Shown here piece by piece: positions 48,400 through 60,779 of a DNA stretch of 64,000 bases. Under the pieces are notes generated by a model. It made no database searches. It saw only the letters and a list, made by a program, of their open reading frames with translations, and was not told the DNA's origin. Source of the stretch: Octopus vulgaris. Taxonomy: Eukaryota. A program made the position numbers and the translations under genes. The DNA lies in assembly GCA_951406725.2 (NCBI GenBank), contig OX597816.1, positions 82,894,001 through 82,958,000 of the forward strand, in the 5' to 3' direction. Each line of letters starts with the position of its first letter. The first letter of the stretch is position 1.

Positions 48400-48950
48400 G
48401 GGACAAATATACATTCGACACCACTATTTTATTAACGAAGTATTTTCAGCTAGAAATGAGTTTTTATGAAGGGCATCCCACCAAACCTTGACAAGGGAAC
48501 CAAGACAAGGAATATCACCCGGCTTAATCTTAGTTGAACGTTGCCACGAACATACCTAGCGATTGTCTAGCTGCTATAAAACAAAGCTTCCCACTGATAC
48601 AGACATCATTCAACAAGCAACTTCAACTGTCGAAATCCAATTATCGGCTCACTTAGGAAAATCTGTCATTTCAAAGGGGTTGTATATCGAGTATTCGTAA
48701 CACCCCTGCAGGGTGTGAACTCACTAAGAGCATTTTCAAGGCTCGTTATCGTCAGTATCTATACCCATTTACTTCAAAGCACATAGAAAATTCTAATTCC
48801 TTGTTCTAATTTATCTGAAAATCAGATATCAAAGATCTAAACGCTCTCCAATAACATAGAGTATTGTCGATAATGATGTTCCCAATTTTAGCAGCTTACA
48901 AACCTGTAGGCATTGTCTAAGTGACAAACTCCAGATATGAAGTAGCTAGC
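48400..48950 (+). pseudogene. Penelope-like element GIY-YIG endonuclease remnant
   Basis: KGVVYRVFVTP, ELTKSIFKARYRQYLYPFTSKHIENSNSLF*FI* and TCRHCLSDKLQI, in the order expected for the Penelope-like endonuclease (VVY..., FK.RY..H..SF, STSLS.YIW, C.LCL.EK). Confidence 0.7.
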
Positions 48951-50116
48951 GTTATCTCTCAATCGGAGGTTCGAAATATCTAACATATCGGAAGATGTTG
49001 CTCCTGAACAATTTCCAGATACCTGATTACCTTAGTACAAACGATAAAAAATCATAGACATCGGTTCAGACAAGCTTTACTGAGTGTACCCCTAGCGGCC
49101 ATAGATTAGACTCAGTAGCCTTCCATACATCAAAATAGTCAATTCAAATTTGACCAGCAATGACTTGACTAGACTTAAATCTGATCTAATGGCAAAAATA
49201 GTGATTTATGGTGACATCATCCATGAATATTTTTGCATGTGTGAAACCTGGAGTAACAATGGGATAAACCACAACTCTAAGCTTATAAATATAAACTCTA
49301 CATCACGTATTGAGTGTTCTTTGCTATCGTTTCTATACATAAAACTGTATATATGTACATATATGTGTGTGTACGTGTGTGTGTGTGTGCGTGCGTGTGA
49401 ATACATACACAGGCACACATACACACATCCACACACACACACATAGTATGTATTCTTGTACATGTATACACGCTTGTAAGATTGTTTATTTTGCGGATGG
49501 GCTTTATAGCAGGGGAGACGGCAAAAAAATTCGCCTCTGTTACGGTCGACTGACCTATCCAAGAATATAACAGAAATTAAATGGAATTACAAAGAATCGC
49601 TTACCATTTAGGCCATGCTTGAGAACGAAATGGGTAAAACCATCTTCAAATGGCTTCATATGGAAGAATAATTGTCTCGTTTGTTTATTTTCGGAGTTTT
49701 TGTTGTTTTTTCAGTTCTTCTTTTCTGATGTGTTTTGTTATTTCTTATGTTGTTGTTTTTTGGTGTTGGGGTGAATGTTGACGAGATTTTATTATTATTT
49801 TTTTATATTTTTCTACCAATACACAAACATTATATTTATTCGCTTAGTTATTTTGTTAAACACACACACACACGCATACACACATAAATACACACACACA
49901 AATATGCACATACACACATATATAGATATACGTATGTGTGTGTATATGTGTGTGTGTGTATATATATATATATATGTATATGTATATGTATATTGATATA
50001 TATACGCATACACACATATATATATACATATTTATAAGCATATATATATATATATATACATATATGCATGTATATATATATATGATTGTATGTATATGTA
50101 TGCTTGCATACATGTG

Positions 50117-50173
<57 letters not shown>

Positions 50174-50652
50174 CATACACGTATGCACGTATATGTATGC
50201 GTGCATACAAACATATATATAGGTATATATATACATACATTCACACATATATGTATATGTATACATACATATAGGTATATGTATACATACATTCACACAT
50301 ATATATAAATATATATATATTTATACGTATGTTCACACACACATCATACACGTATACATACATGCTATGCGCATATTATGTATATAGGGATATATAATGG
50401 TATATAAAAGTTTATATACACTTATAGACACATCTTCGTGTCCGTGCATGTGGTATGTCTAAAGTTATATTATGTGTTAGGCTAATGTAAATGATGGCGT
50501 ACGCTACAGTTTCTCATGTGATTCGCAATGAAATCGCGTATTATTGTGATTCTTCTGTGTTGACTGAACACAAGAGAATAAATAAATGGATGCGGAGGGG
50601 TAATCTAACTTCCAGATGTACGAATCTGTGTATCTAAAATATTCGTACATTC

Positions 50653-50699
<47 letters not shown>

Positions 50700-50763
50700 T
50701 ATATTTATTATTATATATAGGTATATATTATTATGATATATATTTTTGTATTGTTTGTGTACT

Positions 50764-50806
<43 letters not shown>

Positions 50807-50898
50807 GATCTTGTTTAGATCTTTTTATATTTATAATATATTTTTTGTATCTTTATATTTGTATTGGGAATGTGAATATGTTGCTTGCGTATAATTAT

Positions 50899-50963
<65 letters not shown>

Positions 50964-51235
50964 ATGTATATATGCATACTAGCACACATGTACAATATAT
51001 ACAGACACACACACATTAAAAAAATTACGTTTCAAGACTTTCGGGGATATGTATGCATGTACATACGTTCGTCAACACACACACACACACACACACACAC
51101 GCAAACACATATGTGTGTGTGTGTACAAATATATATATATGTATATATATATGCATATATATGTATTTATTTATGTGTATATACATACATACATATATAT
51201 ATACCAATGTGTGTTATATATATATATATATATAC

Positions 51236-51266
<31 letters not shown>

Positions 51267-51283
51267 AATATACATATACATAC

Positions 51284-51356
<73 letters not shown>

Positions 51357-52104
51357 CACACACATACACACACAGACACGCATATATTTTTAGGGATGGG
51401 ATGATATTTTTATCGTGTTAATGTCGATCTAACCGTGTGTTTGCATCATTATATATACTGACTGCATGCTTGCATGTGTATACATAATTCGTTTTACATA
51501 CATATACACATATGTACACATATACCTATATAAACACACGTATACATACACTCACTTGATCTATCACACACACATACACACACACTTATATTTACATATA
51601 TATGTATACTTAGACGTACGCAAATATTCGTACATTAGTCACTGCAAAATTTCCAGCTACCTTCTGGGGAACAAAAATGTAATAGGTTTGGCAGAGTGTG
51701 GAAGGGCTTTTTGTTCAGAGCATCTTATCATGCTGTAAACACCTCTTGCTGTGTCTTCTAATAGATTCTTTCATACAACTAATTTTTTCTTCTTGCATGC
51801 TCTGATGAATGTCCTATGATTGCTTAATACATCTCTAGTGCAAGGGAGACCTCTTGGGTAGACTGTTTGATTTGAAGACCAAGTGTAAATAGGACACAAG
51901 AATTTGGTCTGTTGGTTACGCGAAAATACTCATGACTTGATTTTCCCAGTCTTTTGTACAGAACAGGACTTGTACATTTAGTATGAATATAAATGAACTA
52001 ACAGAAGTACTCGGCCTTGCACCCGTGCCTTTAATATCTAAAATAATCGCAAAGAATTTACTATATTTTCGATAAATTACTTTTAAAAAATGCTGACAGA
52101 TTTC

Positions 52105-52803
52105 TTCTTCTTTTACTTGTTTCAGTCATTAGACTGCAGCCATGCTGGAGCACCACCTTGATGAATGTATACTCAAATAAATCGAGCCCAGTACATGTTA
52201 TTTTTCCTTTTAGCCTAATACTTATTCCGTCGGTATCTTTTGCCGGACCGCTAGGTTAAGGTGCCGTCAGCACACCAACACCGGTTCGCAAGTGGTGGTG
52301 GGGAACAAACAGACATAAAGACAGACAGACAAACAGACACACACACGTGCACACTCACACGCATGCACACACACATGCACACACACATACAAAAGCTCAC
52401 ACAATTTCCGTTTGCCAAATACATTCATAAGGCTTTGGTTGGCCCGAAGCTATAGAAGAAGATACTTTCCCAAGGTGCCACACATTGGGACTGAGCCCAG
52501 AACCATTTGGTTGGGAAGCAACCTTCTTACTTCTTTATTGTCCTCAAGGGGCTAAACATAGAGGGGACGAACAAGGACAGACAAACGGATTAAGTCGATT
52601 ATATCGACCCCAGTGCGTAACTGGTACTTAATTTATCGACCCCGAAAGGATGAAAGGCAAAGTCGACCTCGGCGGAATTTGAACTCAGATCGTAGCGGCA
52701 GATGAAATACAGCGAAGCATTTCGCCCGGCGTGCTAACGTTTCTACCACTTCGCCGCCTCCTTACCACATAGCAACCTTCTTACCACATAGCCACGCCTG
52801 CGC
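52105..52803 (-). mobile_element. SINE S2 (minus) with S1 inserted in its tRNA head
   Basis: Reverse complement of the 23433 copy, with the head split at 52530/52771. Confidence 0.88.
52531..52759 (-). mobile_element. Full-length SINE S1 with Tx1-type tail and 14-bp TSD
   Basis: TSD AGCAACCTTCTTAC at 52517-52530 and 52771-52784, with an 11-nt filler at 52760-52770. Confidence 0.9.
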
Positions 52804-53549
52804 GTATGGGAAAATACTTGGGAAATAATTTTCTCTCAGAATTGCTGCATTCAAGTATTTCAGAAAAATTTTCGAGTTGAGTATCACGATAAGAGAAAAC
52901 AAATGCAGAATCTAAAAATCCCTTAACCTTTGTCTGTTTCCAAGAAAAGTAGTTCCCCTATAGTGCCACTCAGCAAAACTTTAGCGTCCTAGACAACAAA
53001 CTGGGCCTACAACATGGATTATACATGCTTAATGCACTCGGGGTGAAAGTATAATATTTGATATGGTAAACAATACACTGAATTTATTATCTTCAAATAA
53101 TTCAGTCGCAACTATCAGCTCCGTTAAATAACTTGTGAGTCTTCTGATTACGCTCATTGAAGACATTTTATTCAATATTATAGCAATTATCCGCTGAAAC
53201 TTCATTATATAAAGAAAAAACAAAAGATGTAGTTAAGCACAACACAAGCAACACTGGCAAACAACCGAAGGAAAACCGTATCATCGAGAATAGTAAACAG
53301 AATCTTTCTAGTTGTGGCTACGGAAGAAACCGAAACTAAAGTACATTTTGGTTTCCGCATGATCTCAACTCAGTAGTGACTATCTAGGAGTCTCTTGATG
53401 GCTATATGAATATAAGAAAACTATAATGGGATGAACTTCGCGTAAAGTGTAATTATATCAGGATAAAAGAATTTCGTTCAATGCAGAAATGAGTTTTTAC
53501 CTGCGAATATTGGAGAACTGTTATATATTTAACAGGTTCAGCACCATTT

Positions 53550-54312
53550 TTGAGGAGATGGTGATAAGCAGCTGTCCAAAAATGTCATCGCATTATTATC
53601 TACCGATGAGACATGACGTAGCCAAGATACTGTATAATGATAAACCTGAGGCCGAAGACTCAAGAAACCACGGTATAGTAGAGGCTATAGCTACTCATAA
53701 TATGAAAGATTACCGGTGGAATGTTCTAGTGAAAGCCTCAATAAAATGTAAACATAATAGACCTGACATAGTGATTTGGGACAGAGAAGAGAAATTATGT
53801 ACAGTAATGGAAATCAGCTGCCCAGGTATAAAGTTAAAGATCAGCGAAAAAGAACATACCATGAACTATTGAAAAATTTACAGTTACTCTACCAAGATTA
53901 CAAGTTCAGGTTTACACCTGTAATTAGTGGGGCACTGGGATATGTAACAAACTGCCTAAGCACTAATCTTGAGAAAACAAGCTTTTCAAAGTCAGAAAGG
54001 AGAAAGCTAATTAGATTACAGATACAAAACATCAATGAAGCTGTAAAAAATTGTAAAACTCGCCAGAAGTTTATTTAAGTATATAAGCGCATATCTAGAC
54101 ATGCAACAATGTGCATGAGAATACATACATCAAACAAAACATACAAATTTACAAATCTTCTGATGCACTGACTTCAAACACTGTACACATAGATACAAAC
54201 ATGCACAAATACCCTGTTGATGTTGAAATTCCAGTGAAGGAGCCATGGATCTTGGTTAGAAACCTGCCCTTTTTCTATTGGCAAGAAACATTGAACCAAA
54301 ACTGAATAATAA
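53550..54312 (+). pseudogene. RLE family A C-terminus and full 3' UTR, CATA-type tail
   Basis: ISSCPKMSSHYYLPMRHDVAK, KCKHNRPDIVIWDREEKLCTVMEISCP and FTPVISGALGYV. Followed by degenerate (CATA)n. Confidence 0.88.
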
Positions 54313-54845
54313 CATACGGACATACACGCCTGCATGCATGCATGCATACATACAAACATACAACTTACATACATACGCACATACGTGCATACATAATACA
54401 TACATAAATACATACATATATACATGCATACATTCGTACGTACATGCATATGTACATACCTACATACATATGTATGTACATCAAGTCATACGTACACACA
54501 TATACTTATATATATTAGATTTGACTCAAAGTGAGTCTAGGGAAATAACTGGTAGAGTTTCAAAGGAAGCTCTGTTGATGATTATTTCCGTCATTTTAAG
54601 ATGTTACGCTTCTCTGTTGAGAGAGGGTTTTGTTCTGTCTTTTTTGTTGTAAATGTAGTTGTTCATTTCTATAAATAACATCGAAATAGAACATGGAATA
54701 TTATAAGGAAGACATGACAAACACACGCACACACACACGCACACCCATACGCACAGAGTTAAACACATGCACACACATTTAAGTACAGTAAAAGAACATA
54801 AAAGAGACAAAAACAAATAGAAAATGGGCAAATAAATATACTAAC

Positions 54846-54920
<75 letters not shown>

Positions 54921-55131
54921 CCTTTTTAATATAGGCACAAGGCTTGTAATTGGGGGAGGGGGATAGTTGATTACATCGACCTCAGTACTCGACTGGTACT
55001 TATTTAATCAACCTTTAATGGATGAAAAGCAAAGTCGACTTCGGCGGTATTTGAACTCAGATCGTAAGAACGGATGAAATGCCGCTAATCATTTTGTCCA
55101 GCGTGCTGACAATTCTGTCGACTCGACGCCT
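54921..55131 (-). mobile_element. SINE S1; tail merges with (TAA)n 54845-54920
   Basis: Reverse-complement S1 head and core. Confidence 0.85.
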
Positions 55132-55194
55132 TAACAACAACAACAATAATAATAACAGTAATGAGAATAATAACAATAATATTGATAATAATGC

Positions 55195-56860
55195 CTCATT
55201 GATATGATAAACCCAATCGATATAAACGTTTGTCAAGACCTACCAAAAACTGAGTAAGTATAAAGATCTTGAAATAGAAATTGGCAAAATGTGGAACCTC
55301 AAGACTAAAACAATACCTGTTGTCATAGGTGCCCTAGGAATGATAGCAAAAGGGGCTGATTCCTACGTAGCTCGGATGCCAGGAAACCCCAAAATGGCAG
55401 GAATTCAAAAGATAGTGCTCATGAGAACTGCCCATATCCTACGCAAAATACTTTCTATGTCATCTCAAATTTTAAAACAAACTCATAATTTTCTTATGTT
55501 TTCTTAAACCAGGGGTGGGCAAACTTTTTTGATCGCGGGCCGCACAGTGCGTCTTTGGAACCTTGGCGGGCCTCATTTATAAAAATCAAGTGAAAATATT
55601 TTTAAAGGCGGTTATAGACCTATAAACACACAATTGATTGAAAGGAAATTTTGTGAAATATTCCTGGTTTAAGTGATTTAATTTATTTTTTAGAGTATCA
55701 GGTTCATGTTTTTCGGTTATTTGCTCCTATAGTTGAAATTATTACAGGAACCTCGGTTATTTTGGACAGCCTGTTATTGCTTACAAATTGCCAGGAACAG
55801 AATTTTCCTAGTAAAATCTGCACTAATTGTGGACAACCACCTCTTAATATTATGTGTTGTTGTTATATATATAGTATTGAGTATTAAAGGAAGTAGTGAG
55901 TACTTAGTATGAAAGATTAAGAAAATGAGAGAGACTGAAATAACAGTTTGCCCACCCCTGGTCTAATCAGACACTGACTAATTGGACACAGACACAAACT
56001 AATTGTGTCGTTAGCTAGCTGGAGGAGATGTCCTCCTGGGGCTATAAACAACAGTAGCATTGTCCCCTATGGGTCTGCCACATTTAAGTGACAATTTTAT
56101 CAGACAACAAAAGCTAGTTTGAAACACTCGTGTCTGTACTAATTTCAAATAATCGATAGAGTGAATGATAACCAACCACAGCTCTGTGTCCAGAAAAAGC
56201 TGGTTCAAGCCCTTTTATTAACCTGGCCGGCTTCTTCATTGGAACGAAATGCATCGTCCATCATGCCCTCTTCACCATCTATCACGTGATTTATTTATTT
56301 GAATGTTTCAAGCATATCGATTGACTCGTTGTATTGCCACAATACTTGTTTCATTGTTCTATTAATTTTTGAGTTTGAAGATATCTTCACCCGGAAATGT
56401 GTTTTATTATGATGTCATGGGAATATTTCTCGAAATTTTTCATCGCTTCACAGTAGCTGAAACAAACAAACAGCGGACAATTTTGTGAAGGCGCGAAACA
56501 GTGAACTGAAATAAAATGCAAACTATTGTGAATTACCGTACAACTGAAACAGTTACGAAGTATCTGCATAGAAGTTGGGATTCATAAAAGCTCTCTGCAT
56601 AGAAGTATCTGCATAGAAGTTGGGATTCATAAAAGCTCTCGGCGGGCCGCATGAAAACCTATGGCGGGCCGTAGTTTGCCCACCCCTGTCTTAAACAGTC
56701 TCTTGGACAATACTATTTGCAAAACCAAATATATGACACCCTAGGCATAGCACCAACATAAACTAACTTGTTTCTTGAGGTCTCTGGGTTAGACTTGGAA
56801 CCAACTTGTACAAATATAAAGCAAAAGACAAACATAATAAAACTAATACTAATCCTACTA
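55195..56860 (+). pseudogene. RLE retrotransposon 3' end interrupted in its UTR by a hAT MITE
   Basis: KLSKYKDLEIEIGKMWNLKTKTIPVVIGALGMI...IQKIVLMRTAHILRKILSM. The UTR resumes after 56696 and ends in a TAA-like tail. Confidence 0.85.
55510..56688. mobile_element. Non-autonomous hAT (Charlie-like) element, 1179 bp
   Basis: 16-bp TIR CAGGGGTGGGCAAACT / AGTTTGCCCACCCCTG. Perfect 8-bp TSD TCTTAAAC (55502-55509, 56689-56696). Subterminal GCGGGCC motifs and an internal 39-bp duplication at 56557/56602. Confidence 0.95.
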
Positions 56861-56939
56861 CTACTAATAATAATTTCTTAAAGTCATTAAAAAAAAAAGC
56901 ATATGATATGATATTTCATTCTTGGATCGTTGAATGCCT

Positions 56940-57834
56940 GCAGATGAAATGAAAGTCAAGGAAGAGTTTAACCAGAGAGCTGAGGAGAAGAGAAAAGAAG
57001 ACATTTTTGAAATGAGAATGTATGGACTGTTTGAAAGAAATATACAAGACATTAAGGATAATACAGCATCGTGGGCATGGCTTGAGCGAGGTGATTTGAA
57101 GCGTACCACCGAAAGCCTGATCATTGCTACACAAGACCAGGCCCTCGCTACCAATTCAGTGAAGTGTAACATCTATACAACTTCTGACACCCAGAAATGC
57201 AGACTCTGTGGAAAGAGTGTAGAAAATGTGACCCACTTGGTTGATGGATGTGAGTGCCTTGCACAAAAGAAATACAAGCGCCGCCACGATAAAGTGTGTG
57301 TGTATCTTCATTAGCTCTTATGCCGTAAATACTAATATGAAGTAACAGAGGACTGGTATGAGCATGTACCAAGTAAAGTTAAGCAGGAGGATGAAAAAGT
57401 AACGATATTTTGGGACTATGATTTTCAGGCGGATGGTGTAATCGAACACCATCGGCCGGATATTGTCATATTGAAAAAGAGAGGCAAATACTGTCAGATC
57501 ATTGATATAGCCATACCAAATGACATGAATGTTGTGAGTCAAGAGGTTGAAAAAATCACCAAGTACTCCGAATTGAAAGTGGAAATGGCAAGACTATGGA
57601 ATGCGAGAGGGTAATGTAATACCAATGGTGATCGGAGCGTTGGGCTCAATCCCATTGAAACTTCAAAACTCATTAAGGCAACTGGAAATCCCATGCAAGA
57701 TTGACGTCTTGCAAAAAGCAGCCTTATTGGGCACAGCGCACATCTTAAGGAAAATATTATGTCTGAGGTCCTTGTTGCGACTTGACAGATGACTAAAGAC
57801 TCCGGTGCATTCTTGCCTACTCTGTGCTACGAAG

Positions 57835-57836
<2 letters not shown>
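56940..57836 (+). pseudogene. RLE retrotransposon C-terminal half, TAA tail
   Basis: SWAWLERGDLKRTTESLIIATQDQALATN, CRLCGKSVENVTHLVDGC (CCHC), YKRRHD, FWDYDFQADGVIEHHRPDIVI, IIDIAIPND and ALLGTAHILRKIL. Internal stops. Confidence 0.92.
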
Positions 57837-57904
<68 letters not shown>

Positions 57905-57913
57905 TAATAATAA

Positions 57914-58712
57914 AGCTTATTAACCCGGAACTACCAAGCCAGTGTGATAAAAAATGGAGCTGATCCAAAATGCCGATTCTGTAACGACGAGATCGAAACT
58001 ATAGACTACCTAATCTCAGGGTGTAGAGTCTTAGCACCTGTAGAATATAAAGTAAGACATGACAGAGTCGGTCAGTATTTACACTGGACAATATGTCGTC
58101 ATTATAAAATCAAAACCGCTGACAAATGGTATAAACACCATCCTGAAGCTGTGACTGAGGGAGAAAATGTATCGATTCTATGGGACTTCCCCGTACATAC
58201 CGACAAAACTATAAAAGTTAATAAACCGGATATTATTATAAAAGATCAGACAAAAAATGTGTGTTTATTAATTGACATGAGTATTCCATGCGATCACAAT
58301 ATAGCGGCGAAAGAATTTGACAAGATCAGTAAATATAAAGACTTGCTAATAGAAATTGAAAAAATGAGGCATCTCAAGGCGACTACAGTACCAGTGATTG
58401 TAGGATATCTAAGAATGATAAAAAAAGGTACTGAAACATATTTGAAAATGATACCAGGCTTACCATTCCTACAGGAAATGCAAAAAAAAAAAAATGTGTT
58501 AACTGGAACGACTCATGCACTGAGAAGAGCATTGTCGCTGTGAAAACAACATCCATTCATGAATTTATTTATTAATTTTTTAAATACATATTTTACCTGT
58601 GAATTTGCGTATGTCATTTGGGAATACATACAATGAGCTTCTCTACCCTAGGTGTACGGAAAACATCCGGCGAGAAACGGAAGAAAATTTGAAGAAAGAA
58701 AGAGAAAAAAAT
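57914..58712 (+). pseudogene. RLE retrotransposon C-terminal ~210 aa, 5'-truncated, begins directly after (TAA)n
   Basis: CRFCNDEIETIDYLISGC, YKVRHD, ILWDFPVHTDKTIKVNKPDIII, LLIDMSIP and KISKYKDL. Stop at 58543, and the UTR ends in AATAATAAT. Confidence 0.92.
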
Positions 58713-58717
58713 AATAA

Positions 58718-59084
58718 TGGTTTCAAATTTTACCACACGGGCAGCAATTTTGGGGAAGGGGTTAAGTCGATTATATCGACCCCCAGTTCACAACTGGTAC
58801 TTATTTTATCGAACCCGAAAGGATGAAAGGCAAAGTCAATCACAGCGGAATTTGAACTCAGAACGAAGGACAGATGAAATGCCGCTAAGCAGTTTGCGCA
58901 ATATGTTGACGATTCTGCAACAACAACAACAACAACAACAATAATAATCCTTTCTACTATAGGCACAAGGCCTAAAATTTTGAGGGAAGTGGGTAAGTCG
59001 ACTACATTGACCGCAATATTCAACTGGTACTTAATTTATCGACCCCGAAAGGATGAAATGCAAAGTCGACCTCGGCGGTATTGG
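58718..59084 (-). mobile_element. Two SINE S1 copies with different tails (58718-58918, 58948-59084)
   Basis: Reverse-complement S1 core in both copies. Confidence 0.85.
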
Positions 59085-60552
59085 AAACAACAACAACAAC
59101 AACAGCAGCAGCAGCAACACCACCACCACCAACAACAACAACCACAACAACAACAATAATAATAATAATAATAATAGTAATATCAGTAGTATTAGTATTA
59201 CAAAATGTAATAGTAAAACTGGAGTAAGAAAGAGAAGGGAAATTAAAAAGTATAATGAAATAAAGAGAACAGTTGAAACTATAATGAAGAGCCATAATGT
59301 TAGTTCCTTGCATGTTGCACTCGTTTTCTGTCTCTCACACGTATATACACACACGCACAAACTATCCATGGAATGTCTTTGACTATCAATTTCTGACGCT
59401 GAGTGAATTATTGTGCGGTACATTAAGTTCTTCATTATCTGCCTAGTAATTATTACACAGTGAGTTGACAAGATATTGTATAAGTATATAGGAAAGAGGA
59501 GATTGGGCAAGCTTCTTGTCGCAGACATAGCAGAGATATTTTTTAGATCAGATTTTCTTCCTCACAGCACAGTATACCTCGTTAGCATGGTGTACTTCAA
59601 CACTATAAATTGTGGTACCAGTCTTCTAAGACTGACGACGTCAAAGTTCTTACGTGAGCGTGAGAAACGCAAGTAAAGGTTAGAAATTATTGCACCCTTT
59701 TGTAAGTCCATAGTGATTTCATTAGTTGATATACATTTGGCTTCCCAAAGTTATGAAGCTTGATTAGTCTTCTGATAACGGACATCTTACTCATCTACCA
59801 TCTTACTTGATCATGCATACCTTTCTATTCTTTCCAGTAGAAGAACTCACGCAAACACACACATACAATGACATCCCCACCCCAATCAGATATATTAAAC
59901 AAAAAGAAAAATGCTTTCAGAACTTTTTCATGGATAAAAGAAATAATTTATACTTTTATCAGAATATCTACTGGTTTCAATCGTATTAAAAGACGATTAA
60001 CCATCCCGAAAGACAAGGGGAAATAAGTTAAAATAGTATAATATAATATCAAATAATATAACAATTTAATATAATACAATAAAAATAATAATGGTAATAA
60101 TAATATACATATACATATACATACGTACGTACATACATATAATGTGTGTATATATACAAATATAATGTACGATACACACACAGACACACATGCATGCACA
60201 CACATACACACACACACACACACACAAGCATTTATGTGGATAAACAAATCATTGCCTCTATATTTAAACCTTTTGAGCACTACTGTTTTCTATACGGAGA
60301 ATCTCTGGATCTAACCTGTGGGATATATATATATATATATCTTTTCGGGTTCGGTACCAGTCAAATATTTATTGAGTGTAATTTAATCAACCTCTCCCTT
60401 CGCCCAAATGCGTGCCATAGTTAGAAACCACTATTAAATCTATGAAATTGAACAGATATTTAGTCTGAAAATGGTGGCTTAAGTATTTTAATTTGTCGTC
60501 TCTGTCTTCTTTTTGATGCCTGCCTTATTCCAGTACCCTATATACCCCTCCA

Positions 60553-60596
<44 letters not shown>

Positions 60597-60779
60597 CTCA
60601 CACATAGACACATATACATATATACATGCATGCATGGATACAGACATACGTAAATACTTTTTACAAGGCTACACGTTCCAAAAAGTGACTAGTATTGACT
60701 TCATCGGCCCAGAATTAGGAAAGACAAAACAAATCTCAGGTTTTAATGATATTACAGACAATACTAACCGGGTATTTAT

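Noticed and set aside
49200-49262. Hammerhead downstream of the Penelope-like endonuclease
   Set aside because: GAAAC...GTA is present, but there is no recognisable CUGANGA or stem I.
57944-58543. 199-aa ORF as a functional or domesticated gene
   Set aside because: 5'-truncated retrotransposon C-terminus starting at a TAA array, with no ATG start. The CCHC His is replaced by Tyr and other conserved residues are altered.
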